A DNA stretch of 64,000 nt, from the NCBI GenBank assembly GCA_964106645.2, contig OZ067038.1. One strand, written 5' to 3'. This document shows, in pieces, positions 46,932-61,300 of this stretch. This DNA is from Podarcis pityusensis (lineage: Eukaryota). The position numbers were made by a program, and so were the translations under genes. Position 1 is the stretch's first letter; each line of letters starts with the position of its first letter. The notes under the pieces were generated by a model. The model ran no database searches. It was not told the origin of the DNA and worked only from the letters and a program-made list of their open reading frames with translations.

Positions 46932-49147
46932 CAGTGCCTTTAGAAAACAGTTTATAGAACACAACACACAACTGACAAAGATATAGAGATCCACAGGCTT
47001 TTAAAATTGCATTAAAAATTTCACAAAATACAGTAGACAGTAATAAACTGATTGTGTGACTTGCACAGGCTCCCTCTCCCTCCCTCCCCATCTGGTAATA
47101 AAATTTCAGAAAGACAATCAATGAAAGCTAGGTAGAAATTTAGCACCTTGGTTTGTCAAAACAGACTCAAGCGCTCAGACATTAATGTGTTTAAAACAGA
47201 ACTGATACACAGCAATCATCTGCCTGGCCAAGGCTTCTGGCACTGAAGTGGAAGGGCTGTGATGGAGGGAGAGGTACCAGAAGCTCAGTCACAGTTAAGC
47301 CCATAAGCATGGCTTCCTTCACTCTGCATTCAGCTCTAAAATGGCAAAATACTGCTTGCCTACCTGTGCCTGCACACTAACAGACAGTGACTAGTGTGAA
47401 CTCTAGTCCTTCCCCCTCGAAAATGTCAGCACAGTGCCATTCTGCTCTGATGCGGCAGAAGAAATGCTGGAAAATACAGCTATTAGAAATGGCTTGGTTC
47501 TGGTGGTTCCTGCCACAGTGTATTGGGAACAGAGGAGAGAAATGAAAGGGGTCAATACTGGACAGAGATGGTTCTTAATTGCTTAAATTTTGTATTATCT
47601 CTTATTTTGGAGCAGTTGCTAATAACAGATTCCAGATCTGAGATATTTAGGAGAACATTCCTGGCTGGAGGATTATAAATCTGATCACCTGCTGCAAACA
47701 CAGCTCGCTATAGGTCCATCTGTTCTTCAGGGTCTCAGGTAGGACACTTTCACCTCACCTGTTACTTTACAGTGGAGGTGCCAGGACTTGAACCTGGGTC
47801 CTTCTGCATGCAAAGCATAGGTTCTGCACCACTGGGCTTTGGTCACACTTCTGATAGGTTAAAGCAACAGAGGGTTCTGAGAGCTAGCATGACCCCCAAG
47901 GCTTCAGCCAGGAAGGCCTGCCTCTTTTGCACTGACTAACCTGTTCTCTTTGAATATGGCTAGTAGAGGCATCCTCTATGGAGAATGGAGGAAGCCAGGG
48001 CAAGTATAAAAATGTAAAAAAACAAACAAATCCAAATACTGATTGTTACAACGGCAAGCAGTTTCTTCTTCCATTATGGCCTGTAAGGAGACTGGCTGAG
48101 GCAAAAGTCACTTAGGAGGCTGTTAACACCTCTAGTTCTCTTTTAGAGCTAGACAATGTGAAAGGGCTGGGTGGGGGAAGAAGCAAAGGAGAGAACTGCT
48201 TGAAGGTTCAGTCTCACTGCCCTGGGCATGTTGTCTCAGCAAAGGATACTTTCAACTCTGCAGCAAAAATTGCAACCAGCTATGAAGAGTGTTGTTTGCA
48301 TCTATGTTTGGAAATAATAAGGCATTATGCCGGTTGGTGAGTCAAGCAGAGATAACTCTCCGGGGGGGGGGGGGAGACAATCAAATTCCTGGTCTCTTTG
48401 GCAGGATTCCCCCCCCCCCCTTTGATACTATGCTGGGCACACAACAGAAAAGCCACCTCAGTGTTTACAGAAATCTTAATTTTGATGATTATGCACTGTC
48501 CAGCAGGGTCTAAGCTTGTGTTATTTAGCACCGTGTCCCCACTATAAGGCAGGCAGTGCCACGTTATTGGGTTGTGTAATGCAGAAACACCTGCAACGCT
48601 ACACTGACAGTAAGGGGTACGCTGCTGTTTGAGGGCTACCTTATGTTAAATCAGCCACAATAAATAGACTTTCTGACCTATCCCAACATGGCCTTGGCTT
48701 TTTTAAGGGGCCACCTGAGTGGAATGGGGGGAGAGAGGCAAACAGGGAAGCTTAACACACACAAACAATTCAAGGGTTATACATGAGCAGGATTAGAGAG
48801 AGAAAGAGAGTTAACTGCTCCATGTACCACACTTGCCTGGAGATTGCCTTGCACACAAGCCTGTTCTGCTCCAGCCCCTCCAGCAGGCAGGTATGATTCA
48901 CAGCAGCCACGCCAGGAGGAAAGACACAAAACATTCAGCACCAGAGCTGCGCTGGAAGACACTCTTTGGCTTTGTCACTCATTCATCTGCTTGACTGATA
49001 TATTGCGGAACTGCTTGGGCACATGATCCTGGTGGGGGTGGGGGGTGGGGAGTGGGAACCGCTTGCCCATTTCCCCTGTTCCTTAAGGGAAAACATTTGG
49101 GTTCCCTTCCTCCACTTGCAGCCAGTGCTTTTGTTGTGTGCCGTTTT

Positions 49148-49361
49148 TTATTTCTTGGAAGAAGTCATGAAGCTGTTTTCAATGCAGAGGACGATGAAGG
49201 CGTTCTTGCAGCTGCTGCTCTTCTGCTCGAGCAGCTTGCCCGACGCCAGCGAGGAAGCCTGCCCTGTCACCACCGTGTCGTCTGTCCGCCAGGTCTCACA
49301 GTAGCTCTCTGTTAGCCGCCGTCCCTTTGAGTCAGAGCCATGCCACACGGATTTCTGAGGC
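49148..49361 (-). CDS. COL18A1: COL18A1 last exon (endostatin C-terminus)
   Basis: gtttcag|(W)[26 protein letters not shown]...SSKK*. Confidence 0.97.
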
Positions 49362-52300
49362 CTGAAACACACCAGAGTGTTAGGGGTTGTTTCACACGTA
49401 AGTGGCTGCAGGTGCCCCAGCAATCACGGCTCCCCTTGGGCTGATGCTTCATGGGCTCTATACAGTGTTGACTCTCAAAGCCACATATTTTTGCCACATA
49501 AAGTGGGGGCAGTTGGTCTGGGCAGCATCTTGTAGGAATGAACTGCTGCCAGCCTTGGGATAAGATACCTGGGACATTTACTCCACTTCTTGACCTGGAC
49601 AGTCTTTTGGGAAGGAAAATAATGCTACACATGAATATTATACTGCTGGGGCATCATAAAATGCTTGGCGTCTAAACATTTCGTTCCTGAAAACCTGCCC
49701 CCAAGAGAAGCATCACATGGAGCTGGAAAAAGAATACAAGATAGCAAACACATTCCTCTTCTCTTTGCCTGCTCTTTATAAACAAATGAATCTTCTTTGA
49801 TGCCCTTGGAGTTGCAGAGCCAGAGAGGCCAGGCCCAGCTGGAAGGGCAGCAAACCTGCAACTGTCGCACATTCCCAGATCTTCAGACAAACAAAACCAT
49901 TTCCCCCACCTACCATGCAGAGTCTCTCAGGACATCCCTTCCGTCAAAGGAGAAGATGCGAACCCCAGTTCTGAATGGAGCATCAGTGCCGGAGAAAAGG
50001 TTCTCCCAATTATTAAACAACAATTCATCCTGGAAAGGAACAGAAACGGGCAATGTAATAATGTAACTGCTCTGAGAATACTTTCTGCCTGTCTGATAAC
50101 TTTGAGACAGGCTGCCCTTTCCATGGACAAGACCTTGGGACCTTGCATGTCCCAGGTTCACTCCCTGGTGCCTATGGTTTAAAATATCTTAAGCAACTCG
50201 TCTGGGAAAGGCCCCTGCCTGAGAACCTGGAAGGACAGCTGCCAGTCTCCCAGTTCAATGCAAGGCAGCTCTTTACAGAAGTTTTCAAGGTGACGGCTTG
50301 AGCTGCATTACAGATCAAGTATTAAAGATAAAGGTATTACCAACATTCTCAAACTTTTCAAAGTTGGTTTAAACCTTTTTATAAAAAGTAAATAAATATT
50401 AGGTGTTGTTAAGAGATGATGATGCTGCCTTGCAGGTTTGCCCCTGACCACTAGTCTTGATGTGTAGTTCTAGCTTCAATTAACACCACTTAGAGGTTGC
50501 AATCCTACACAGGGGCAGGAAAGGAAGACAGCAATCCCATCGCTGAGCTTCATGTGTGCCTTCCGCTGTCACGAAGCGTTGTGTTTGCTCAGGCCTCTGA
50601 CCAGACGTACCCTGAGGTTGACAATAGGCACCGTGCCCCTGTCTGCCCTGCGCACTATGCTGTAGAGGTCTTGCAGTCGGGAAGAAAGGAACGCTCGGAA
50701 GGTGCCCGTCAGTCCAACCTCCCTGGCTTGCTGGAAGCACTGGAAGTCAGCTCCTCGGATGCCCCGCATGCTGCCACTCAGGGGAGTGTTCAGGGCTATG
50801 AGGTGGAGCTGGAAAAGCAAGAAGACGACCACACATGAGAGGGAGCCTGTACCAATACACAAGGGAGCTCTCAGTGCAACTGGCAGAGGTGCTAAGAATG
50901 CAAAGGGGGAGGAATGTCCGGCCACCACAATACAAGCAGCCAGTCAGCAATGGGGCTGAGCGTGGGGGTCGGGCGTCTTTGCTGCTGCTTTCTGGGACTC
51001 CTGAGTGTCATGAGAGGCCAGCCCTGTTATTTCTCTCACTGGAAATCATTGTTGGGCGGACATTTCAGAAGCAGTTTGCCTATTCAGTGGTTATGTCCAC
51101 AAAGCAGTCAAATTATAACTAAAATGCAGAGGATATAGTATGTAGTAACACCCTCGCCCTCATCAAAATTATTGCAACATGGCTCTGGGATGCATTCCAT
51201 CAAATGAGAACTGGATATATTGTACAAATTGTGTGGGTGTGGACTAGCCAGCCGGTCAGCCCCTGTAGTCTCTACTCCAAAGGCAACCTATACCAAATTG
51301 TAAGCATAGGGTGGCCCCATGGAGCAGCCTCCCAGCCTGGGATGGAGTGAGTAGGTTGTTGACTGGCTGCCTACATCTGAAGCAAAGGGATGCAGGATGC
51401 AGGCACCCTCTCTGAGGGGTTTGGGCCCTTTGGGCCCTTCAAGCCATGAACTCACACCATTCAGAGGTTTCAATGTTTGATTGGGATTCTTGAAGGGGCC
51501 TCTTGCTCATTCATCCCTACTGCTGGCAAAGAAGCCCATTCAGACTCCTCATTGCTAGTGGCAGACCATCATGCTAAGCTAGGTGGACAACCTGTACAGA
51601 GGAACCCTTCACAATGAAAGTCAGGAGGCAGGGGACCCTTTGGTGCCAGCTGCTTTCATGACCCCACTCTCGGTGTCATTATGTAGGGCCAATTGAGGCA
51701 GCCACCCAGGCAAAACACCAAACTGCAGCAGGGGACTCTGCCAACGTGTGCAGGGCACTCACAGCGGGCTGGAAGTCATGGTGGGTGTGGACGGCAGAAG
51801 GAGCAGTATCAGGCTGGCGGTTGAGGAAGAAGGCATTCAGTGGCTCCTGCTGGTGCTGGGCTCCCTGGTGTGGCTGGTGGATGGCGGGTTGCTCAGGAAG
51901 GCGATGCTGGTTGGCCACACTCTCATCCCCTCTCCAGGGCTTGGCAGTGGAGTAGGCGCTGTATTCTCGGTGGGAATGCACAGGCAAATGCTGTTGGAAG
52001 GGGCGCTGGGATCCAGATGATGAAGCCGTTCCTCCATGGGAGTAGTGGACATTGGGAGGCCTATCATACACCTCATTGTCCTGCAGCAGAAATGAAGGGT
52101 AATGTTCCTAGAACCCTTTCTAAGTGTCCTCTTAAGGGGTCCATCCCACAGAAGAGCACAGGTCAAATAAAGCCACCACTACCCCCCCCCCCATTTCCTG
52201 CCACTCGCAGCACAGTCATCCGGCTGCATTACCAGCAGAGCCAAGCATGTACACCACCAGTCTGTACAACAGCCAGCTACATCAGCTGCATCCCAGTACA

Positions 52301-55300
52301 GGTGATACAAAATCCTTAGTAGCCCACTGTGGACCTGATCATTCAAGTCACACTCCCCCTGCATGACATGCCTCATTTGGATTTTCCCTGATCTATACCC
52401 GAGTGCACCATGTAGGTCACCATGTATTGAAATCCAAACACTAAAGAACATTGAAAAGATTGATAATCCCTGGATCTCAAAACTCCTAGCAAGCTTGGAA
52501 TGACCCACAATAGTCTATGCGACAACACCAGGTAATAATGTTTCACTTACCAGCCCAGGGCCAGAGATGGATATTCTTTCCTCAAGCTGAAATTAAATCA
52601 GAATAAGTCATTATAGCATTTATATGATGTGTTTTGCTTGCTTTGTAATACTTAAAAGAACTCTAGGTTGGTATTATTATCTCCAAATTGCAGGTCTGAA
52701 GTCTTGCCTAAGACCACCCAGTGAATTCATCTAGGGAATTCCCAGCTCACAGTTCACTTTATACCACCAGACCCTATTGCTATTATTCTTAAGGATGAAT
52801 TTTGCTATTTTCGAATGCATATTCGGTTTTGGAGGGAAAGGGAACATTTGCCAGAATGAAATAAAGCTGTAGTTGTTGCAACCTGAAACTTATCCAGGAA
52901 TTCATTTGGTAAGGAGGAAACAATGTCTATGGATCCCATATCAGATTGTTTCAAGTAAGCTTCTTCCAAATCAAGCCAGAGGAAGCTCATTCATCGCTAC
53001 AAGGGAGCGTTTCTTCCTGGCATTGCATTCTCTCTTGTGTGTATAAATTAGCAGTTGGTTCTGCATTGCTCTGAGCGTCTGCCAATACCCCACAGAGAAA
53101 GACCGCTCTCCAAGGTAGTAGTCCACCTACAGTCTTACCCCAAGACTGCTGTGTTCACACACATCATACTCACAAGGACTCTCCTGAAACCACTGCGGAC
53201 ACGGATGTAGAGCTCTTCCCTGTCCCGGATGAAAAGGAGCTGTCCTTCTGGCACCTCATGAGCTCTGCCCATCATGCTCTGATAGGTTGGCAAGATTCGC
53301 AGCTGCCAGAAAACAAATCATTTGAAAAAGGAACAACGAAAAGGGCACAGCCATTCATCAGTCTGAAGTACGAGGTGGTGGCTCACCATTAATACAATTT
53401 ATATTTGGTACACTTGTAAACTGCAGGCATATTGATGACAGCCCTTGCTTTAATCACACAGGGTTCTTCATCAAATAGAGAGCACCTGAGTTATAATAGG
53501 TCATAGTTACAGTCAGATTCACAAGCCAGATGCCAGAAGCCAATGACAAACTTCACGGTCATCACTCTTACAGTGTTATCATGTCTATTACAACAAATAT
53601 TTGTTGTAATTCCCAGAAATTGGAGTGGCGTTCCTTTCAATTAGCACCCTAGAGCTTTCCAGAACTAGCAACAGCTGTTCCTGTTTGTAGGGCTAGAAGC
53701 AGCAGCTGCTGCTGCTCCTATTGGACAATAAATGGTTGTCCGTGTTCATAGATGGAGCATCATCAATCACTCTGGCAGCGGCAATCTCTAGCCAATTTGT
53801 TAAATCCTTGCTTGAAGAAAACCCATCAGGGCCACCCACAGGAAGGTAACTTGCTCCACCCCTACGAAAGGAACATCACTGTAGGCTGCAGTGACCCACT
53901 GCCTCTTTTTCTTACCCCAGAAGATGATGTATCACTGGTGCCTGGAGTTCCCGGTGGTCCTGGTGGCCCCGGTGGCCCAGGAATACTGATCGCTGTAAAT
54001 GAAACAAACCTAGAGCTAAACCAGCTATATTCGCACAAAGCTTGTTTTTAAGGCCTAAAGCAGGGCCATTTGCAATGAGTAGCTGGGAAAGGATCAGGTA
54101 TCTACTCACATTGCCTATGGGGTCCTGGAAAGGAAGGGGGTCCTGGAGGGCCAGGTGGACCCGGAGGTCCTGGGGTCCCTGGGCGCCCATCAAATCCTGC
54201 GCCAGGAGGCCCTTGGGGGCCAGGAGGGCCAGGGGCCCCTCTAATACTGTCCCCTTTGGGGCCCTGAAGAAGTAAATAACATACATGTATATTAGAACCA
54301 CTGATGTTTTACTCAATGGCAGAAACATTCACCTGCCGGTACTGATCCGCCTAAGCAATTAATTACATTCATAACCAAATGCATAGTTCTAATCCTTCCT
54401 CCCCCCTTTTCCTTCCATTGCCCCACACAAACACATTCCTCTTCCAGCTTCCTAGGCCCCGCGGCACATGGAGCAAAGGAAATGTCAGAGTTTAGCTCCA
54501 TGCCCCAAGGTAAATTGTCCAAAGCTCTAACAACCAGTAACCTTTCCACTCCAGGTGCCCATTCCACAACCTGCCTCCTCTCTCACTTCCCTTGTTCTCC
54601 CGCCTGCTACTACAGTCTCTCTCCACTGCTTCTGCCACTCTGGGCAAAACAGCATTTGTAACGGTGGACAGCCTCATGGGATAAGAGAAGGCTATTCACA
54701 AAGCAAGGCCTCTCCTCCCCACCATCAGGATGATGTAAAACAAAATCTGCCACCTGTGGCAGCTACCCTCCTCTGCCTATTGGCGGGGACTGCAATGTAC
54801 TTGAGAACTTCTGCACTTTGGAGATTGGGTGCTTATCCTTCTCTGCCCAAATCCCCTACCAAAGGTGCCACTTGCACTCTTAGTTTCCCCTGCCTTGGAA
54901 AGTATTATAGAATGCAGAAGACTATCCCATGGTAGAAAGATGTTGGCCACCAACCCTTGTAACAATGCAGTGTGGGGTATCTCACCGGAAGACCAGGATA
55001 TCCTGGGGGGCCTGGGGGTCCAACAGCACTTGATCCAAACAATCCTCCTCCGCCTGGCTCACCCTTTTCACCTTTCAGCCCTGGGTCCCCTCTGTCCCCT
55101 CTTTCTCCCTATGGAAAGATATTAAATAAGCAAATAGACAGTGGTCAAACAAAATGCATTCTCCTATCTCACCTTCAAGATTAGCACTATTTCCTTCTAG
55201 ACTTGTTCCTCTGGCTTATCCACACTTCCTCTTGTGCTGTGCCTAGAAAACGAGTCCGAGCAGTTTTCTGTTTGACTCATGCTTTCTAGGCACAAGTCAG

Positions 55301-58300
55301 AATGGTCCGTCACATTAGGGAATATCTGAGTGAAATAGGTTCATTGGGCAGACCTCTCTCTCCGACATCTTGCACCCAGCACCAATACACCAGCTGAACT
55401 TCCGTTGTTCAGCCACGGTAATGACAGGTGAAGATACCTCCTAGCTGAAGCTTCAGCAATATTCAGGGGCAACTAATGTGAAAACCATCAAAACTGACAA
55501 AGGGGAAGAGCAAGAGAAAATATACAATCATTCAAAATATCTTAGATAAAATAACTGGTTTTAAATTGTATTATGCTGGTTGTGATGATGACGGCTGATT
55601 ATAAAGCTTTATGTTTTTGTATTGTACGATGGTCTTTGTAATTTGTTTGCTGTCCTTCGATTTTTTATTTTAATCACTGAAAGCCACCTTACAAGGGTAG
55701 TTACCCAAAAAGGCAGCTTGTAAAGTTTAGAAGCAAATAGTAAATCAAACAAAAAGTATTTTTGCCTATCCCTGTGACCCTGGCCTCATTAAATGCATAT
55801 CAGCCCAAACCTGTTTGCCATCCTAGTGTGTCCTCCCCCAGCAAAATCCCTTAAGCTTCTTTTTAAATCTGTATATTCCTCCCAAATGGCAGACACTTAC
55901 CCTGAAGGTGGAGCCAAATCTGCTGAGATCATAAGGGAACTGGCCTTGTGACAAAGGGAAGAGAAAAGAGAAGAATGAGATGTTTGTAATGGCAAAGAAA
56001 CCAACTCTGCTCACTGTGGGGCTTCTTTCCATTGTGATCTTTGCATCTTTCTTTTATGATGGGCCTTCGAGGCACAACCCAGCCATTTATGACTGTAGGG
56101 AAAGGGCTTTTGTGTATCACTGGGTGAAAAAATTGGAAGCAATACTCATGTAAAATGCATTATTTTAGCTTGTGCTAATAAGCCTGGTACTTGTATTGAT
56201 AAGGCTTGCACTGAAAAAGCCAGTGTATAACTCTTACAGATTTTTCTCCAGGAGGATACAGACAAGCTCAGCTAGGCTTTGGCTTCCTGCACAACGAAAA
56301 GGAGGGGCCGTAGCTCAGAGGTATGTCTGTTGCCTGCTTTGCACATAGGTTTGATCTCTGGCTTCTATGCTTAAGATTGTGAAGGTGCCACCGGTGCATG
56401 TAACTTGACTAGATGACACCAGGTTTATTCCAGCCCTGCAGGTCTTAGATTTTGTAGAGTACTCTGTGGTAAGCAGTGCAAGAACTAGCCTGTACAAAAG
56501 CTGTTGGATGCACCTAGCTGGAGACATAGAATAGGGACAATAGACTAATAGCGACGGAAACCTGCTGCAAAGCAAGAACTTGTGTGGTGCAGCCACCTCA
56601 AAACAACACACCTGAACCACAGCATGCTCCAGGTCTAAGGCAGGAGCAGGGAGGTTAATTGGAGGTGTGCAATGCTTAGATACGAGTTGAGTGCCACACG
56701 GCTCAAGCACATAAGCCAAGTCACAAGAGGCTTCCATGACTGCCACTAGCTCATGAATCCGTGATACCTCTTGGTAAGTGTTGGTTAAAAGGCGTAAGTT
56801 AAATGCAAGTAGCAACCCTGCAGGAACTCTTACCTGGGGGCCCAGGAGGACCCAGATCACCTTTTTCTCCCTTCGGACCAGCAGAACCATGGTAGCCTGA
56901 AACAAAGTCCTGGCATAAGGCTAGACGATCCCCAAGAGCCAGTGAGAAGGCACTGCACATCCATAGGCCAAAACTTCCAGAACCGCTAGAGGAACGTACT
57001 GATTTATACTATCATGCAAGGGTATTAATTGTACATTCGGTTCAGATTAAAATGATTCCAAATGCCTTTTAAAATGATTCCAAATGCCCCACAGCTGACA
57101 TGTGCCCAATCATCAGATGGGATGATCTGCAAACACCCCACCCAGCCAAGTATCATGATAAGGGTGAAAACGGCTGTGTTCCCACCAGTGCTCTACACCA
57201 TTTTTTTCTCTAGCGGCATTGCTACTGCCAGCATATTGGTTCAGGGGGCTGGTGGGCTGGATCAGGCTGGCAGGCCAACACGTCCCAATGCCTACTCGTG
57301 CAAAGACTGGCATTAATATGGGAAGTCTTTAATGGTGACCCATAGAGCACCATGGAAAAGGAATTATGAATCCACCCTTTCCTGCTTCTATAGAGGGATT
57401 CACCCCAGGAATCTGATGGGGAAAGCTGATCTTTGTCATCCAACCCCATGCTTTAACCGCTTCTGCAACATCCTTACCAGGCAATCCTGGAGGCCCGGGT
57501 GGTCCCACTTCACCAAATGCCTGAAGTTGCAAAATAAATAAAATAAATCTCCCCATGAAATACATTATTACCCAATCATTGTATAACTAACAAGACATTC
57601 AGTTTCTGGCCTTTACACATGTTTCCCCCCAGCAAGGAAAATGCACGTAGGCCATTACTCACATTGTTGTCATAAATAGGCACTATGCTGCCCGGAGGAC
57701 CTGGGGGGCCAGGAGGGCCAGGGAGCCCTGGAGGACCCTAGAGAGAGGAAGAGAAAAACAGACATCCCATTAATTATGTGGGGAACTGACTGAGAACAGA
57801 ACAGACTGAACAGAACAGCCAATATCCACTCAACAGTGACAATTCTGTGACCACCCTGTGGGTGGTGGGTGCTGCTCCTGGTTTTAACTGGAACTGGAAC
57901 ACAAGACTGCGCAATGTGGCATTGCCTCTACTTCCGGGACTTGCAGTCAACTCAAAAGGTGGAAGACAGGAAGTTGACACAGCCAGTGGAATGCATCCTG
58001 CACTCTGTTCCACCTCCTTATCATGCATGTCATCGGCATTTACAAAAACAAACAAGGTTTGTGTTTCTTTCCACCACCCACAGACAATACTTCCCCCAAA
58101 TCCCAGACTCCAGGACTCCAGGCTTCAAATATTTCATTATTCTGTCTGCAACAGCAGAGGAAATCAGAGTGTTCACACACAATATACTTGACAAAATTGT
58201 TCTTGCAGGGCATGGACCAGGATTAGCATTGCTTAACTAGAGTCCACACAGTGGGTGGTTATGGCACTCTCGGACTGGGGCACGAGAGCCCAGGGGTCTG

Positions 58301-61300
58301 GCAACAGCACAAAATTAGGCCTATGATTTGCTTGCCTCCCCAATGCTGTGCTGTGCTGCTGCCTGCTCCCTGGTTCTAAGTAGACAAGAAGGAAAATCAC
58401 TCCAAGGCAAAGGGGATGCAGCACACATGAGAAATCGTGCTCTCACAAAAATGCTTCGCCACTGCTGCATTTGGATGCTTGCAGCCACACTAGGACAAGA
58501 GCAAGGTCGTTTTCAGATGCCCCTTGGGGAGGCATGAGACCTTTTTCTTCTCTCATAACAGAGTCTGATGATGCTCGTGCTCGGGGTTACAGTGGGATAC
58601 AAAGGCCATCAAAGCTAGCAGCGCTGCATGCCAGCCTTCAGCATAAACTGCACCATGCAGAGAGATGTGTCTGTTTTCCACTTACCCTTAAGCCCAGCCC
58701 TCCACTTGCGTCTGCTGGGTCACCTTTTTCTCCTTTCAACCCGTTCATACCAGGTCGGCCCTGCAAAGGACAAAAAGCCACTGCTGTGTCAGCTTAATTG
58801 ACCCTTGTAATGACACAGCACTAATGAGGATCCAAAGCACAAAGAACGCTACAAACATCACCTTTTGTGCTCCCATCGGGTGAAGTGAAAGGGCAAAGAG
58901 AGAAGAATCTACTGAGATCTCACAATTTCTCTATGGGGAGCTCCTACATACTACTCCTGAAACGAAATGCCTCAAGAGTAGGTAAAACTATGTTGCGGTT
59001 CTGTCTCGAATAGATGATTTAACTGGGAAGGCCAGAGCTGTCGATATGAAGTTAGAATTAAAGGGAACAAACAGCAGGTGAAACCCTTGGTACTTTCATA
59101 GGTCCCTGAAGGAAGCTCATGGCAGATTTTGCTGGTGTCACATGACAAACCTCTGTCCTTAAAAAGCACTGTCACACATCAGCAAGACATAGAGACACTA
59201 ACCAAGCCAGAGCCACTCTGTTGAACAAGATGGTGGAAAGAGGGGCTTGTAGGACCAAGAGAAGGGCAGGTTCATCCTGACTAGAAAAAGGCAACCCTGA
59301 AAAAAGGAACGCAGGGACAAACCTTGTGTTGGTAGAAGCAGCTTGGCCAGGATCTCACAGCAGAATGCGAGAGGATGGTCCTGTTGTATCTAAATGTACC
59401 CAGAGCCTCCATGCTTATGGCAGGAGGGAGTGCCAGCTGAGGGGACCTAGAAGCATAATTCCACTTCCAGATGCATGCAGAGCCACTGAGTGTTCGTTAT
59501 GGCACTTGCATCCTTTTACCTAGGATCCCCTTTTGATAATGGTTCAGTCTGGAGTGAATTAATGCTGGAGTCTGATTTCTGCAGCTTCCCTTCAAATTTC
59601 TATTTAGCAGAGAGGCAACAGTGACTATTCTAGAGGTGGATGAATTTACTCCTCTTTCCCCATTCCGTTTATGATAAGGGAATGTACACTTGAAGACAAT
59701 CTAAAAATAAAAATTCTTACAGGTCTTCCAGGAAAGCCGATTTCTCCTTTCTGTCCATGCCGCCCAGGTGGCCCCTAGAAGAAGAACAGAGAGAAAAGGC
59801 AGGCTTAGAAAGATGGCAAGAGATTGTAAATGAGAGTTCCTGCAATATCTGTGATGTAATGCCATCTGCTACAGGATTTGTAATTCCAAATGGAAGCAGA
59901 AGACAAGGAAATCATCATTCCCTCCAATAGCAAACTCAGGGAAGTGAGTGCTGACAAAATATATACACCAGAGGGGAGAGGGATACCCTGCTTACACTCC
60001 TTATGGCTTACAGAAACTTGGGGAAGGGCAGGCAGAAACCTGAACAGAAGGACTCCTACTAGGAGATGAAAACACACTGCAATATTTGGCTGCAGACTCG
60101 ACTTTCCTAAGTAATCACACTTAGATAAATAGGAGCTACACAAAAGCTCTACTAGCAATACCACACACAACAATAACAACAGAAAGGATAATTTAATTCT
60201 ATCATTTGTGCTTAATGGATGTTTAGATCTATGTAAATTCCTTGCATATAAGCAAAGATACCCTTTGTAACTTACTGCTGGTCCCACAGGTCCTCGCAGG
60301 CCTGGTTCACCCTGGCAATGAAAGCAGAGGCAATTAGACCCTCCAGACAAGCTGCTTACACTCATCCTGATTTGCTTGCGCAGTTTACAGCGAGCTTAGA
60401 TTATCTTCAGTCTTTATTAAGCATTCATTTCTATTTGTTTGCAGGGTGGATATACAACAACAAACATTCATCCTGCATTCACCCGGTTTTCTTGTGGGTT
60501 GCTTACATGCCTTTCCCTTAGCTAATGGTTCACTCCACATTTTTCAATGCATTTCCCCATCACTTTCTAAACAGCAAATAAGCCAAATCATTTTTTAAAG
60601 TGGATTTCTTCCACTAGGGCAACAGAGCCCTTTAGTCCACTTGAAATGTGCATACCTAAGGTTCTGGCATGCGCTTGAATCCCTCCCGCAAAATAGTGAG
60701 AGTCTGGAGGTATCCCACACTACTATTTAGAACACGGATGATGAACCCCCTCTCTCCAGCCCCACTTTGCACCCCAAGTACTTTGCCTGACTGGAGTGTA
60801 TCCTCGATATCTGCTTCTCTGCATGAAGCAGAGGGGTTTGTGAGTGTGTGTAGAAACTAGCATACTGGACAAAGTTGAAATGTACATTTGCCATTCTGTA
60901 CACTTTTGCCTCCGGGCTCCATCTGCCACTGACCTTAGCAGGTTGCCCTGAAGGGAATGTCCTGATTTAGAGCACCCTGGGCTAGAGGCAAGCCCATGGT
61001 CACTAAGGGTCAAACTAGACATTCATTAGAGATTTTGCATGCATCTGCATATATATTTTTCTCTTATATAATACAGACATGTGAGGGGATAATCCTTTTC
61101 AAGGATTGCCTCTCCAGCACAATAAGAATGACCCCACAAACAGGCCTTATGGCTAAAAGTCTTAGGGGAAGACATCTCCTTTGGAGGCTCCTCGGCTGTG
61201 ATTATTCAGATCTTGCTGGGGGGGGGGGGGAGATAAGACTTGTTATGTGCTGCCTTCAACCCCTGCCTTTGCCTGTAATTAAATAATAATATTTAGAGCA

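Noticed and set aside
56315-60365. Long minus-strand ORFs 56315-56905 and 59805-60365
   Set aside because: They run through or overlap small COL18A1 exons into intron sequence; not independent genes.
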